A DNA stretch of 64,000 nucleotides from an uncultured Gammaproteobacteria bacterium (GTDB lineage Bacteria > Patescibacteriota > Microgenomatia > Levybacterales > GWA1-39-11): positions 131,269 to 195,268 of the forward strand of contig CAYYLC010000001.1 of NCBI GenBank assembly GCA_964472415.1, written 5' to 3'. How positions within the stretch are numbered: the stretch's first letter is position 1; every line of letters begins with the position of its first letter. The position numbers and the translations under genes were made by a program. A model generated the notes under the pieces. That model was not told the DNA's origin, ran no database searches, and saw only the letters and a program-made list of their open reading frames with translations. Positions 43,717-53,647 of this stretch are shown here, in pieces.

Positions 43717-46042
43717 ATATTTACCGGTATTGTTTATTGTTGCTATTTGGTTTGTGTTTTCTTCACCATTTTTTCTGAAAGAATTAGTTCCATACCCATC
43801 GCTTTTCCAATCAAACTTCTTTTCTCCATGGAGTGCATATTCAGTATATGAAGGACCAGTGAGAAACAATGCAATGCCAGATATTATTACGCAAATTTAT
43901 CCATGGAGAGAGTTTACAATCAACAGTCTAAAAAATGGAGAGATTCCACTATGGAACCCTTATAATTTTTCAGGTACACCACATCTTGCTAATTTTCAAT
44001 CGGCACCATTTTTTCCTTTTAATATTTTATTTTTTCTTCCACTCGAATTTATTTTTTCTTGGAGTATCTTAGTTCTACTCCAGCCGTTGTTTGCAGGTGT
44101 AGGAATGTATGTATTTATTAGGAGCTTGAAGCTTTCAAGAATAGGAGCTGTTATGGCAGCGATCTCTTTCATGTTCTGTGGATTCCTTACAACGTGGATG
44201 GGATATGCGACTCTGGGTTATGCAATTTTGTTTTTACCATTTGCATTATGGGGAGTATATAACTATATAGAAAGTAAAAAAGTTTATTATGGAGTTATTA
44301 TTGCCCTTTTAATTTTATTGAGTGTATTTGCTGGGCATTTTCAAACTAGTGTATATTTTTTAGGAACATTATTGGGATATATTATTTTTGAATCATTAAG
44401 GCATAAGGACAAAAAAGCACTCATATACCTTTTGTGCTGTTTCGCGTTTGGCGTATTGTTGACGCTTCCGCAGGTTTTGCCATCATTAGAGTTTTATGCC
44501 AATTCAGTCAGGGAGGGAATTGTAAGACAGATAGAGGTGATTCCATTCATGTATATACCGACATTAGTTGCTCCAGATTTTTTTGGGAATCCAGTTACGA
44601 GGAATGATTGGTTTGGACATTATGCAGAATGGAGTGGATATGCTGGAGTTATTCCGCTACTTCTCGCATCCTTTGCGAGCATGTCTCTCTTTAGACGTGA
44701 TAAGAGAGTTTTATTTTTTATAATTCTTGCGACGATTTCATTACTCCTTGCATTTCAGACACCAATAAATAACCTCATTTTTGTTTTAAAAGTTCCGTTA
44801 TTTTCTACTAGTGCTGCAAGTAGAATTATTGTATTATTCTCATTTTCAGTTGCAGTTTTGTCAGCATTTGGAATTGATTTTCTTATCAAGAGAGCAAGGT
44901 ATTTGTCATTAAAAAGAATATTATTGTTTCTGTCAATTTGTTTATTGCTCTTAATAGCTTTGTGGTCAGTTCCATTTTTTAAACTTCTTCCAGACAGTGA
45001 AAAGAATCTAATTGCGCAAAGTAATTTAGTATTACCGACGCTTATTATTATTGCATTTTCGGTTTTGATATCTGGGTTATATATTGTTCGGAAAAAGAGA
45101 GTTCTCGTATATGTGGTAAGTACTGTTATTCTTTTGGGAGTTTGTGTTGACATGATGAGATTTTCAATGAAATGGATGCCATTTGAACCGGATGAATTTG
45201 TATTTAAGGACGTAGGGGTTACACAGTTCTATGAGCAGAGTCAAACTGTGGGGAGATATCTGGGAGAATTTTCTGCAGAGAATTCTGTGTATTATAAATT
45301 GCAGACATTAGGAGGATATGACCCGTTGTATTCTGCGCGGTATGGTGAATTTGTGAAATATGTTGAACTGGGACAGAAGGAATCAGGATCACGATCAATT
45401 GTAAGATTCCCGTACAATTCTAAATATGTTGATAAAGCTATAAATTATTTAGGAGTGGAATACATCCCACAAAAAAAATCTGATGATAGGATGCCTTGGG
45501 CATTTCCAATCCAAAATTATCCCGTAGATAGATTTAGTGTTGTGTATGAAGACAATGCTTATCGCATATTCCGAAATAATCAATCATATCCAAGAGTTTT
45601 TGTAGTAGATAGATTTATCATAGAAAACGACGACGAAAAAATGTTAAATATGATGTTCCGCGATGATATAGATTTGAGAAATACTGCAATCCTTGAAAAA
45701 GATCCGGGTATTCGTAATAATGCATCTCCAGCTGCAAACGTTAAGATCGTTGATTATAAAAACAATTCAATTGATGTACGCGTAGATTCTCAAAGTAATG
45801 CACTTTTAGTACTTACTGATAGTTATTATCCAGGATGGAAGGCGTATATAGATGATTCAGAGGTGGAGATTTTGAGGACAAACTACGCATTCCGGGGTAT
45901 TATAGTTCCAGAAGGAAGATCTACAGTCAGGTTAGTATATGAGCCGGATACATTTTTGTATGGAATTTATGGAGTAATTGTAGGGATCGGTGGACTTTTA
46001 GGTATAGCTGTGTATTATAAAAGATATGAAAGAAAAAATTGA
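43697..46042 (+). CDS. YfhO-family membrane protein, second paralog
   Basis: IYPWREFTINSLKNGEIPLWNPYNFSGTPHLANFQSAPFFPFNILFF; C-terminal LVLTDSYYPGWKAYIDDSEVEILRTNYAFRGIIVPEGRSTVRLVYEP; ORF opens at 43676. Confidence 0.75.
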   Translation: MQEKILKYLPVLFIVAIWFVFSSPFFLKELVPYPSLFQSNFFSPWSAYSVYEGPVRNNAMPDIITQIYPWREFTINSLKNGEIPLWNPYNFSGTPHLANFQSAPFFPFNILFFLPLEFIFSWSILVLLQPLFAGVGMYVFIRSLKLSRIGAVMAAISFMFCGFLTTWMGYATLGYAILFLPFALWGVYNYIESKKVYYGVIIALLILLSVFAGHFQTSVYFLGTLLGYIIFESLRHKDKKALIYLLCCFAFGVLLTLPQVLPSLEFYANSVREGIVRQIEVIPFMYIPTLVAPDFFGNPVTRNDWFGHYAEWSGYAGVIPLLLASFASMSLFRRDKRVLFFIILATISLLLAFQTPINNLIFVLKVPLFSTSAASRIIVLFSFSVAVLSAFGIDFLIKRARYLSLKRILLFLSICLLLLIALWSVPFFKLLPDSEKNLIAQSNLVLPTLIIIAFSVLISGLYIVRKKRVLVYVVSTVILLGVCVDMMRFSMKWMPFEPDEFVFKDVGVTQFYEQSQTVGRYLGEFSAENSVYYKLQTLGGYDPLYSARYGEFVKYVELGQKESGSRSIVRFPYNSKYVDKAINYLGVEYIPQKKSDDRMPWAFPIQNYPVDRFSVVYEDNAYRIFRNNQSYPRVFVVDRFIIENDDEKMLNMMFRDDIDLRNTAILEKDPGIRNNASPAANVKIVDYKNNSIDVRVDSQSNALLVLTDSYYPGWKAYIDDSEVEILRTNYAFRGIIVPEGRSTVRLVYEPDTFLYGIYGVIVGIGGLLGIAVYYKRYERKN

Positions 46043-46769
46043 TGTAGTTATTCTCACCTATAACGAAGAAGAGGTTATAGAAGATGCGATAAAAAGCGTC
46101 AAGAGTTTTGCTGAGAAAATAATAGTAGTGGATTCTGAGTCCAATGATGATACCGGAAGGATAGCAAAAAATAATGGAGCATCAGTGTATATTCACCCTT
46201 TCAAAAATTTTTCTGAACAACGCAATTTTGCGTTACAACTCTCTCATTCTTCATGGATCTTTTATTTAGATGCAGATGAGCGTGTCACAGCAGAATTTAA
46301 AGATGAGTTGTTGGAGGCTTTAAATGAATCTAATTTTAGTGCTTTCATTGTGAAGCGAAGGACATTTTATTTCGGGAAAGATTGGGGATTTGAAGATGAA
46401 GTTCCTAGAATATTTTGGAGGGAGAGTTTTAAGAATTGGACAGGAGTTGTTCATGAGACTCCGCATTTTATGGGAAAATCTGGTAGATTAAAGAATCCTA
46501 TTTTGCATTATACCCATAGAAATCTTCGCCAAATGCTGCAAAAAACAAATGAATGGTCAGAATATGAAGCGAAACTACGTCATGATGCTCATCATCCACC
46601 AATGAAGCCGTGGCGATTTTTGAGGGTTATGGTTTCAGAGTTTTTTAGAAATTATATAAAGCTCAAAGGATATAGGAATGGAACACATGGATTTATAGAA
46701 TCGGTGTATCAGTCTTACTCTATGTTTATTACGTACGCGAAATTATGGGAGCTGCAGAATAAAAAATAA
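46026..46769 (+). CDS. GT2 glycosyltransferase
   Basis: IDVVILTYNEEEVIEDAIKSV ... IIVVDSESNDDTGRIAKNNGA ... IFYLDADERVT. Confidence 0.8.
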   Translation: MKEKIDVVILTYNEEEVIEDAIKSVKSFAEKIIVVDSESNDDTGRIAKNNGASVYIHPFKNFSEQRNFALQLSHSSWIFYLDADERVTAEFKDELLEALNESNFSAFIVKRRTFYFGKDWGFEDEVPRIFWRESFKNWTGVVHETPHFMGKSGRLKNPILHYTHRNLRQMLQKTNEWSEYEAKLRHDAHHPPMKPWRFLRVMVSEFFRNYIKLKGYRNGTHGFIESVYQSYSMFITYAKLWELQNKK

Positions 46770-46770
46770 G

Positions 46771-47028
46771 TTATTTTTTATTTTTCTTTTTAAACCAGGA
46801 CTCCATTTCTTTAAAAGTAAGTTTTTTCTTTGAGAAAAAGAATAGATATGTAACGGCTAGGATTAGGGAAAGGTCTTTGAGGGGGAAAGCAAGTACTAAT
46901 CCAAGCGCTACAAACCAATTTCTTTGTGATTGTTTAGATGCGCGCCAGAGCGCATACGTGTTTGCGAGAATCGATAGGATCGTAACTGCGATACCAAGAT
47001 ACATAAGTGCAGGCGTATTGAGATTCAT
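46771..47028 (-). CDS. Small hydrophobic membrane protein (85 aa), the only opposite-strand gene inside the cluster
   Basis: MNLNTPALMYLGIAVTILSILANTYALW ... WFVALGLVLAFPLKDLSLILAVTYLFFF; sits in the only sizeable intergenic gap of the cluster. Confidence 0.4.
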   Translation of the reverse strand: MNLNTPALMYLGIAVTILSILANTYALWRASKQSQRNWFVALGLVLAFPLKDLSLILAVTYLFFFSKKKLTFKEMESWFKKKNKK

Positions 47029-47098
47029 GTCAGACTATACTGTATCATAGCTTTTTTTGCTAATCAATTGTTGATACAATTGTCATGGATTATTTCGC

Positions 47099-48157
47099 AT
47101 GAAAATTGGAATTTATACTCCTTATTTGGATACGATGACCGGTGGAGAATTATATATGCTTTCTATGGCAGAGTTTCTGTCGAAAGAGCATGTTGTTGAT
47201 ATCTTTTGGGATGATAGTAAGATTCTGGAGAAGGCAAAAAAGAGATTTAATCTACATCTGAAAGATGTGCGAATAGTTGAGAATATTTTTTCCTCCAAAT
47301 ATTCTACATTTTTTAGATTTAGAAAAACCTTTCAATATGACAGAATAATTTATTTATCCGATGGGAGCTTGCCCCTCCTCGCACCAAAAAAGCTAATTGT
47401 TCACTTCCAGCAACCTATTAAGAGTAATGATGTTTCTCGATTTCAGATTCTTAGAGCAAAAAATATAAGAAAAATAATTTGCAATTCACTGTATACAAAG
47501 TCATTTATTGATAGAGTGTATAAGGTGGATAGTGAGATCTTATATCCACCGGTCCAGAAAATTCAGACAGTTGCAAAATCAAAGAAAAACATAATCCTTA
47601 CTGTAGGTAGGTTTTATCCATATAAAAATAATAGTGATTATAAAAAAATTGGATTTATGATCGACGCATTTAGAGTAATAAAGCGAAAATATCCAAATTG
47701 GGAATTTCATGTAGTAGTGAGCGTGAAAGATGAGCACGAAAAAGAGTTTAATGAACATATTGTAAAAAAAGCTAAAGATATAGTTATCATAAAAAATGCA
47801 GATTATGGTACGGTGCAGAAAGAATATGGAGAGGCAAAGATCTACTGGCATGCGTCTGGATTTGGTGAGAATATAGAGAAATATCCAGATCGGGCTGAGC
47901 ATTTTGGGATTTCAACGGTGGAGGCGATGTCTGCAGGATGTGTGCCCATAGTGGTAGGTTTAGGAGGCCAGAGAGAGATTATCACCACTGGAAAAAATGG
48001 GTATTTGTGGGATACAGAAGAAGAGCTTGTGCAATATACCCTTGATGTAATTTACGACGAGAAAGAATTAGATAAGCTTTCTTATAATGCTCAGAAAATA
48101 ACCCAACGATTTAATAAAGAAAAGTTCTGTAAACGTTTGCAGGAAATTATTGCATGA
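47099..48157 (+). CDS. GT4 (GT-B fold) glycosyltransferase
   Basis: C-terminal EHFGISTVEAMSAGCVPIVVGLGGQREII (Ex7E motif). Confidence 0.75.
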   Translation: MKIGIYTPYLDTMTGGELYMLSMAEFLSKEHVVDIFWDDSKILEKAKKRFNLHLKDVRIVENIFSSKYSTFFRFRKTFQYDRIIYLSDGSLPLLAPKKLIVHFQQPIKSNDVSRFQILRAKNIRKIICNSLYTKSFIDRVYKVDSEILYPPVQKIQTVAKSKKNIILTVGRFYPYKNNSDYKKIGFMIDAFRVIKRKYPNWEFHVVVSVKDEHEKEFNEHIVKKAKDIVIIKNADYGTVQKEYGEAKIYWHASGFGENIEKYPDRAEHFGISTVEAMSAGCVPIVVGLGGQREIITTGKNGYLWDTEEELVQYTLDVIYDEKELDKLSYNAQKITQRFNKEKFCKRLQEIIA

Positions 48158-50445
48158 AAGAGTTTATTAAAAAAAATCTACTTTTAATAGTTGGCATAAT
48201 TTTTGTATTAGTTTTTTTCTACAAATTTTTCCTTTATGGCTTGCTTCCCATCCCTACCGATAATATTGTAGGCGTATATCATCCATATCGAGATTTTTAT
48301 AGTACTGAATATCCAAGAGGAATTCCATTTCAAAACTTTCTTGTCACAGATCCCATTCGTCAACAGTATTTATGGAAAGAGCTCGCAGTTTATTCATTGA
48401 AACAAGGAGAATTGCCATTATGGAATCCGTATAACTTTTCAGGCTATCCACTCCTTGCAAACTTTCAGTCAGCAGTTTTTTATCCACTAAATATTTTACT
48501 GCTTGTGGCACCATTTGAATATGGATGGTCTATGCTGATTATTTCCCAAATGCTCCTCTCGTTTATTTTTACGTTTCTTTATATAAAAAATCTTAGATTA
48601 AGTAGTGGGGCAGCTTTTGTGGGAGGACTCGCTTTTTCATTTTCTGGATTTGCAATTTCTTGGCTTGAGTGGGGTAATATCTTGAGTACTGCGTTATGGT
48701 TGCCATTGATTCTTCTCAGTATTGATAAGATATTTAGTAATAAAAAATATCAGAAATTATATGTTAGGAATTTATGGGGCTGGATATTTTTGATGTCACT
48801 TGTTTGTTCTTTTTTTGCAGGACATCTGCAAACATTTTTTTATCTTGCGGTAACTGCTTTTGCTTATATCATGGTGCGGTGGTGGAAAAGTTCGCGAAGT
48901 AGTAAGCCTTTATTATTATTTAGCGTTATGCTGTTTGCTTTTATTGTAATAACTGCAATTCAGTGGGTGCCGACATTACAGCTTATTAGTCTGTCTGGAC
49001 GGGAAATAGATCAGATAAGTTCACAGATTGAGGGATGGTTTATTCCCTGGCAAAATTTAGCGCAATTCATTGCTCCTGATTTTTTCGGAAATCCTGCAAC
49101 GCTTAACTATTGGGGAGTTTGGAATTATGGTGAATTTATCGGATATGTCGGTATCCTTCCACTTATTCTTGCACTAGGAGCAGTTTTATTGATACGAAGA
49201 GAAATAGTTATTTTCTATAAAATACTGTTGTTTTTGAGCTTCCTATTTGCTTTTCCTACCGTTATTTCAAAAATTCCATTTGTTCTAGAAATTCCATTTC
49301 TTGCGTCAGCACAGCCTACGAGATTATTATTTCTTATGACGTTTTCGCTGAGTATTTTGTCAGCATTTGGGTTTGATTACTTCCAAAATCATAGAAAAAG
49401 AATTTTGCTGCCACTGTTTCTTGTAGGATTATTTCTCGCTGCATTATGGATTATTGTTTTGAAAAATGATATTCTCCCTTCTTATTTCGAGATAGACACA
49501 GCAAATCTAGTTGTCTCCAAAAGTAATCTCAGGCTCCCTACTGCAGTTTTTAGTGCAACAGTTCTCTTGTTTTTATTTTTTATCTTTCTTCCAAAAAATC
49601 TTTTAAAGAAGAGAGTGTTCTTTGGGGTATTATCCTTAATTATTTTCATATTTCTTCTCGACATATTTCGATTTGCTGACAAATATACAGTGTTCTCAGA
49701 GAGAGAATATCTTTATCCTGAGACGAAGACTCTTTCATATTTAGAGGACCAAGAAGGGAATTTTCGTATTATGGGGACTGATTCCCGTGTGTTACCGCCT
49801 AATTTTACTATTAATTATCGGTTGCAGAGTGTTGATGGATATGATCCCTTGTATTTATTGCGATACGCTGAGTTGACAGCGGCTATCGGACGGAGTAATC
49901 CCGACATAAAACCACCATTTGGATTTAATCGAATTATCACACCTCAAAATTATCATGATGAAATTATAAATATTTTGAATATTGAATACATTCTTTCATT
50001 AACAGATATAGAAATTACTGAATATGAAAAAGTTTTTCAAGAACAAGAGACAAGGGTGTATAAAAATAATAGAGCTATTGATAGAGCATTTTTTGCAGGA
50101 GAGACGATTGTAGCACATGATAGGCAAGATGCAATCGAAAAGATTTTTGAAAATAAAGATAATTTGGACCTCGTTGCGATTGTTGAAGGGGAGAATGTTC
50201 AGAAATTTAATCGCGAATGGTCAACAGGTATTACAAAAGTAATTTCTTACGAACCGAATAGAGTTGAGATAGAGGTTCAAAATGATAAAGATGGTTTTCT
50301 CGTATTATCTGATAGCTTTTATCCAACATGGCGTGTTAGTATAGATGGAAAGCCGACAGAAATTATTCGAACAAACTATAATTTCCGTGGTATAGTTGTT
50401 CCCAAGAATAGTTCTCAAGTAATATTTACGAACCATCTTTTTTAA
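48154..50445 (+). CDS. YfhO-family membrane protein, third paralog; C-terminus truncated relative to its paralogs
   Basis: LWKELAVYSLKQGELPLWNPYNFSGYPLLANFQSAVFYPLNILLL; C-terminus ..FYPTWRVSIDGKPTEIIRTNYNFRGIVVPKNSSQVIFTNHLF stops before the terminal TM helix. Confidence 0.7.
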   Translation: MKEFIKKNLLLIVGIIFVLVFFYKFFLYGLLPIPTDNIVGVYHPYRDFYSTEYPRGIPFQNFLVTDPIRQQYLWKELAVYSLKQGELPLWNPYNFSGYPLLANFQSAVFYPLNILLLVAPFEYGWSMLIISQMLLSFIFTFLYIKNLRLSSGAAFVGGLAFSFSGFAISWLEWGNILSTALWLPLILLSIDKIFSNKKYQKLYVRNLWGWIFLMSLVCSFFAGHLQTFFYLAVTAFAYIMVRWWKSSRSSKPLLLFSVMLFAFIVITAIQWVPTLQLISLSGREIDQISSQIEGWFIPWQNLAQFIAPDFFGNPATLNYWGVWNYGEFIGYVGILPLILALGAVLLIRREIVIFYKILLFLSFLFAFPTVISKIPFVLEIPFLASAQPTRLLFLMTFSLSILSAFGFDYFQNHRKRILLPLFLVGLFLAALWIIVLKNDILPSYFEIDTANLVVSKSNLRLPTAVFSATVLLFLFFIFLPKNLLKKRVFFGVLSLIIFIFLLDIFRFADKYTVFSEREYLYPETKTLSYLEDQEGNFRIMGTDSRVLPPNFTINYRLQSVDGYDPLYLLRYAELTAAIGRSNPDIKPPFGFNRIITPQNYHDEIINILNIEYILSLTDIEITEYEKVFQEQETRVYKNNRAIDRAFFAGETIVAHDRQDAIEKIFENKDNLDLVAIVEGENVQKFNREWSTGITKVISYEPNRVEIEVQNDKDGFLVLSDSFYPTWRVSIDGKPTEIIRTNYNFRGIVVPKNSSQVIFTNHLF

Positions 50446-51383
50446 TGAAACTAGATATTATAATCCCCAACTATAACGGTTCACATCTTCTTAAGAAAAA
50501 CATCCCTGATATTATCAAAGCGATAAAAGAATACAAGAATATTTCAATTATTGTGGTTGATGACGGATCAAAACCAGAGGATGTTATTACATTACGAAAG
50601 ACGCTCGATGCAGTAAATATGAGCTCAAAAACTCCAGTTATTCTTATTGAGCGAGAAAAGAATGGAGGATTTTCCTCAGCTGTAAACACCGGGGTAAAAG
50701 CAAGTAAGGCAGATTTTGTCTTTCTCCTAAATTCTGATGCAGTTCCTTATAAAGGATTTTTTGAGCCAATCCTAAAGCGATTTGAAGAAAATGAGAACTT
50801 ATTTGGTGTCGGATGTATGGATATCAGTATTGAAGGAGATAGAAAAATAAAGCGGGGACGAGGTGTAGCGTTTTGGAAAAAGGGAATTCTGAGACACAAA
50901 AAAGGAGAGATTAAAAATAGTAGTAATACGTTTTGGATATCTGGGGGAAGTAGTGTGATAAAGAGAGAATTGTACGTAAAATTTAATGGAATGGATGAAA
51001 TCTATAATCCATTTTATTGGGAGGATATTGATCTGTCATATCGGGTTCAAAAAGCAGGATACGAAATAGCATTTGAAGAGGGAAGTATAGTGGAGCACCG
51101 CCATGATGAAGGAGCTATAAAAACACATTTTAAGAAAAATAAAATAACGACGATCGTTTATAGAAATCAATTCATTTTTCATTGGAAAAATATTACTGAT
51201 GGGAAACTTATGGTTTCACATATTTTTTGGCTTCCATTTCATTTGATAAATGCAGCTATTGGGAGAGATTTTAATTTATTACAGGGATTCTTTCAGGCAC
51301 TCAAAAAGTTTTCTGAAATTAGAAGAAAAAGAGATCTACAAAAAAAGCTTTATAAAAGACGAGACACAGAAATTATTAAATGA
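50445..51383 (+). CDS. GT2 glycosyltransferase (WbbL-like)
   Basis: LDIIIPNYNGSHLL ... IIVVDDGSKPED ... FLLNSDAVP ... YWEDIDLSYRV. Confidence 0.8.
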   Translation: MKLDIIIPNYNGSHLLKKNIPDIIKAIKEYKNISIIVVDDGSKPEDVITLRKTLDAVNMSSKTPVILIEREKNGGFSSAVNTGVKASKADFVFLLNSDAVPYKGFFEPILKRFEENENLFGVGCMDISIEGDRKIKRGRGVAFWKKGILRHKKGEIKNSSNTFWISGGSSVIKRELYVKFNGMDEIYNPFYWEDIDLSYRVQKAGYEIAFEEGSIVEHRHDEGAIKTHFKKNKITTIVYRNQFIFHWKNITDGKLMVSHIFWLPFHLINAAIGRDFNLLQGFFQALKKFSEIRRKRDLQKKLYKRRDTEIIK

Positions 51384-52081
51384 AATTATCTATTTTAATT
51401 CCGGTCTATAATGAACAGGAGACTGTAGGGGTGGTTTTGGATTCAGTCCAAAAATTAAATGTGCCAAAAATTACGAAAGAAATTATCGTTATTGATGATG
51501 GATCTTCCGATAAGACTCCACAAATTCTTAAAAAAAGAAAAAATATTATACTAATTACTCACAAAAAAAATCAGGGAAAAGGTGCTGCAATCCAATCTGG
51601 ACTAAGAAAAGCAGCCGGAGAAATTATTCTTATTCAGGATGCGGATCTAGAATATAACCCCAAAGATATCCCAAAGCTTATTCAGCCGATAATTGATAAA
51701 GAATATCAAGTAGTATATGGGACTCGTCTTCGCACGAAGCCGGTATTATTTGGAGAGAATAGGACACCACTATTGCTCCATTTTTTTGGGAATAAATTTC
51801 TTAGCATTGTTACTTCAGTTCTGTATGGAAAAAAAATAACAGATATGGAAACAGGGTATAAAGCATTTAGTGAAAAAGCTCTAAAAGGAATCACTCTCCA
51901 TTCTCGATCATTTGACTTGGAGCCAGAAATTACTGCAAAAATATTAAAGAAGGGAATAAAGATCTTGGAGATAGATATCGCGACAAATCCCAGAAATTAC
52001 GATGAAGGAAAAAAAATACGGCCGGTGAAAGATGGCACGAAAGCGTTATGGACGCTTATAAAATATAGATTTTCTGAGTAA
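51380..52081 (+). CDS. GT2 glycosyltransferase (Dpm1-like polyprenyl-phosphate sugar synthase)
   Basis: LSILIPVYNEQETV ... IIVIDDGSSDKT ... IILIQDADLEYNP. Confidence 0.8.
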   Translation: MKLSILIPVYNEQETVGVVLDSVQKLNVPKITKEIIVIDDGSSDKTPQILKKRKNIILITHKKNQGKGAAIQSGLRKAAGEIILIQDADLEYNPKDIPKLIQPIIDKEYQVVYGTRLRTKPVLFGENRTPLLLHFFGNKFLSIVTSVLYGKKITDMETGYKAFSEKALKGITLHSRSFDLEPEITAKILKKGIKILEIDIATNPRNYDEGKKIRPVKDGTKALWTLIKYRFSE

Positions 52082-52082
52082 A

Positions 52083-53603
52083 ATGCAAAAGTTTAATATA
52101 AAAGTTATAAGATATTTTTTATCAAAACATTATTTTGGGTTAGGGACAGTATCTATAGTGATATTGGCAGGGTTTTTTAGATTTTGGAATTATGGAAATC
52201 GATGGGGGCTTGCATATGATCAAGGACAATTTGCTGTAGTTGCTCGATATGCGCTTGAGACAGTGCAATTGCCGTTACTTGGTCCCTTTTCTTCAGGAGG
52301 ACCATTTCAAACTGGTGGCGAGTGGTACTGGATTGTCATGCTGGGAACAGCACTGTATCCAAAGTTTGTTTTATCTCCTTGGATATTTGTGACTCTTTTA
52401 ACAATTTTTGCCGTCTTTGTGATGATTATGGTAGGAAAAATATATAACGGAAAAATATTTGGTTTATTACTAGGATTTTTGCTTGCTCTGTCTCCAGTTC
52501 AAATTTATCAATCAACAAACCTTACAAACCAAACTCCTATTGTGCTCTTTTCGGCTCTTACAATATTATTTGCTCTTATATTTACAAAAACGGGTAAAAG
52601 TAAATTTGTTTTCTTCTTAGCGCTTGTTGTAGGAAGCGCTACTTCAGTCCATATTCAGTCAGTTGCACTCATGCCCTTTATATTTTTTGTAATTGTTTTC
52701 TTTAGAAAGAATATATTAAAAAATATTATTCTTATTTCTCTTGGGTTGGGCATTCCGTGGATTCCAGTTCTTATCGCGGATATGCAAAATAATTTTTATA
52801 ACACTACCAGCATGATTATGTACTTTACGAATAATCAGGCCCAGGTTTCGTATGATGTATTGGGGAGAAGATGGCTCACGTTTATAATTGATTTTATTCC
52901 TACATCTTGGGGAAATATTATCGGAGGAAATATAGTATTTGGCTACTTTTTCATAATTACTGCTACTATTTTTGCAGCAAGACGAACTCTGAATAAAAAA
53001 ATAAAGAAAGAAACTCTTGTTATCTTTCTCAGTATTGGAGTTATGTTTATTATTTTGCGCTATGTTAAGACGCCATTATTTGAGAGCTTTTTTGTGTTTA
53101 TTCATCCATTTATTATCCTGGTTTCAGGCTGGACCATTTTCCAAATATTAAAATTGAATCGATTTTTGGGAGTGGCAGTTATGTTTATTATTGCAGCTGG
53201 GAGTATTTATAGTTTTTGGGGACCAATAAATACTGCAACAAATACTACATATGAGAAAGTTCTTACTATTCAAAAGGTTTTATATGAAAGATATCCTAAT
53301 GAAACATTTTCTATATATGATTATCAATCAAATAATAGCAGTATTGTTTTGCCGCTCGTTTTGAATTTATATATTGATGACAGAGTGGGGAATGAAGGGA
53401 GGAGTATAGGTGTATATAGAAGGACACCAGATCATTACATCCAAATAGAGCAAGAGTCTTTATATGGAGATCAAGGTGCGTTGCAAATTTTTGATATATC
53501 TAGTTCAGAGAGTTCACAATTGGAGGATATTGGTTGGAGAAATGATAATCCTGAGACTGTTTACGATGAAACGCAGCATTGGTTTAGGTTTAATACAGAA
53601 TAA
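52083..53603 (+). CDS. GT-C polytopic membrane glycosyltransferase (GT39/PMT_2-like)
   Basis: 506 aa multi-TM; first loop WNYGNRWGLAYDQGQFAVVARYALE. Confidence 0.5.
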   Translation: MQKFNIKVIRYFLSKHYFGLGTVSIVILAGFFRFWNYGNRWGLAYDQGQFAVVARYALETVQLPLLGPFSSGGPFQTGGEWYWIVMLGTALYPKFVLSPWIFVTLLTIFAVFVMIMVGKIYNGKIFGLLLGFLLALSPVQIYQSTNLTNQTPIVLFSALTILFALIFTKTGKSKFVFFLALVVGSATSVHIQSVALMPFIFFVIVFFRKNILKNIILISLGLGIPWIPVLIADMQNNFYNTTSMIMYFTNNQAQVSYDVLGRRWLTFIIDFIPTSWGNIIGGNIVFGYFFIITATIFAARRTLNKKIKKETLVIFLSIGVMFIILRYVKTPLFESFFVFIHPFIILVSGWTIFQILKLNRFLGVAVMFIIAAGSIYSFWGPINTATNTTYEKVLTIQKVLYERYPNETFSIYDYQSNNSSIVLPLVLNLYIDDRVGNEGRSIGVYRRTPDHYIQIEQESLYGDQGALQIFDISSSESSQLEDIGWRNDNPETVYDETQHWFRFNTE

Positions 53604-53647
53604 CTATTGGAGTTATCGAAGTGATTTACTTATAATAAATAGGTTCA

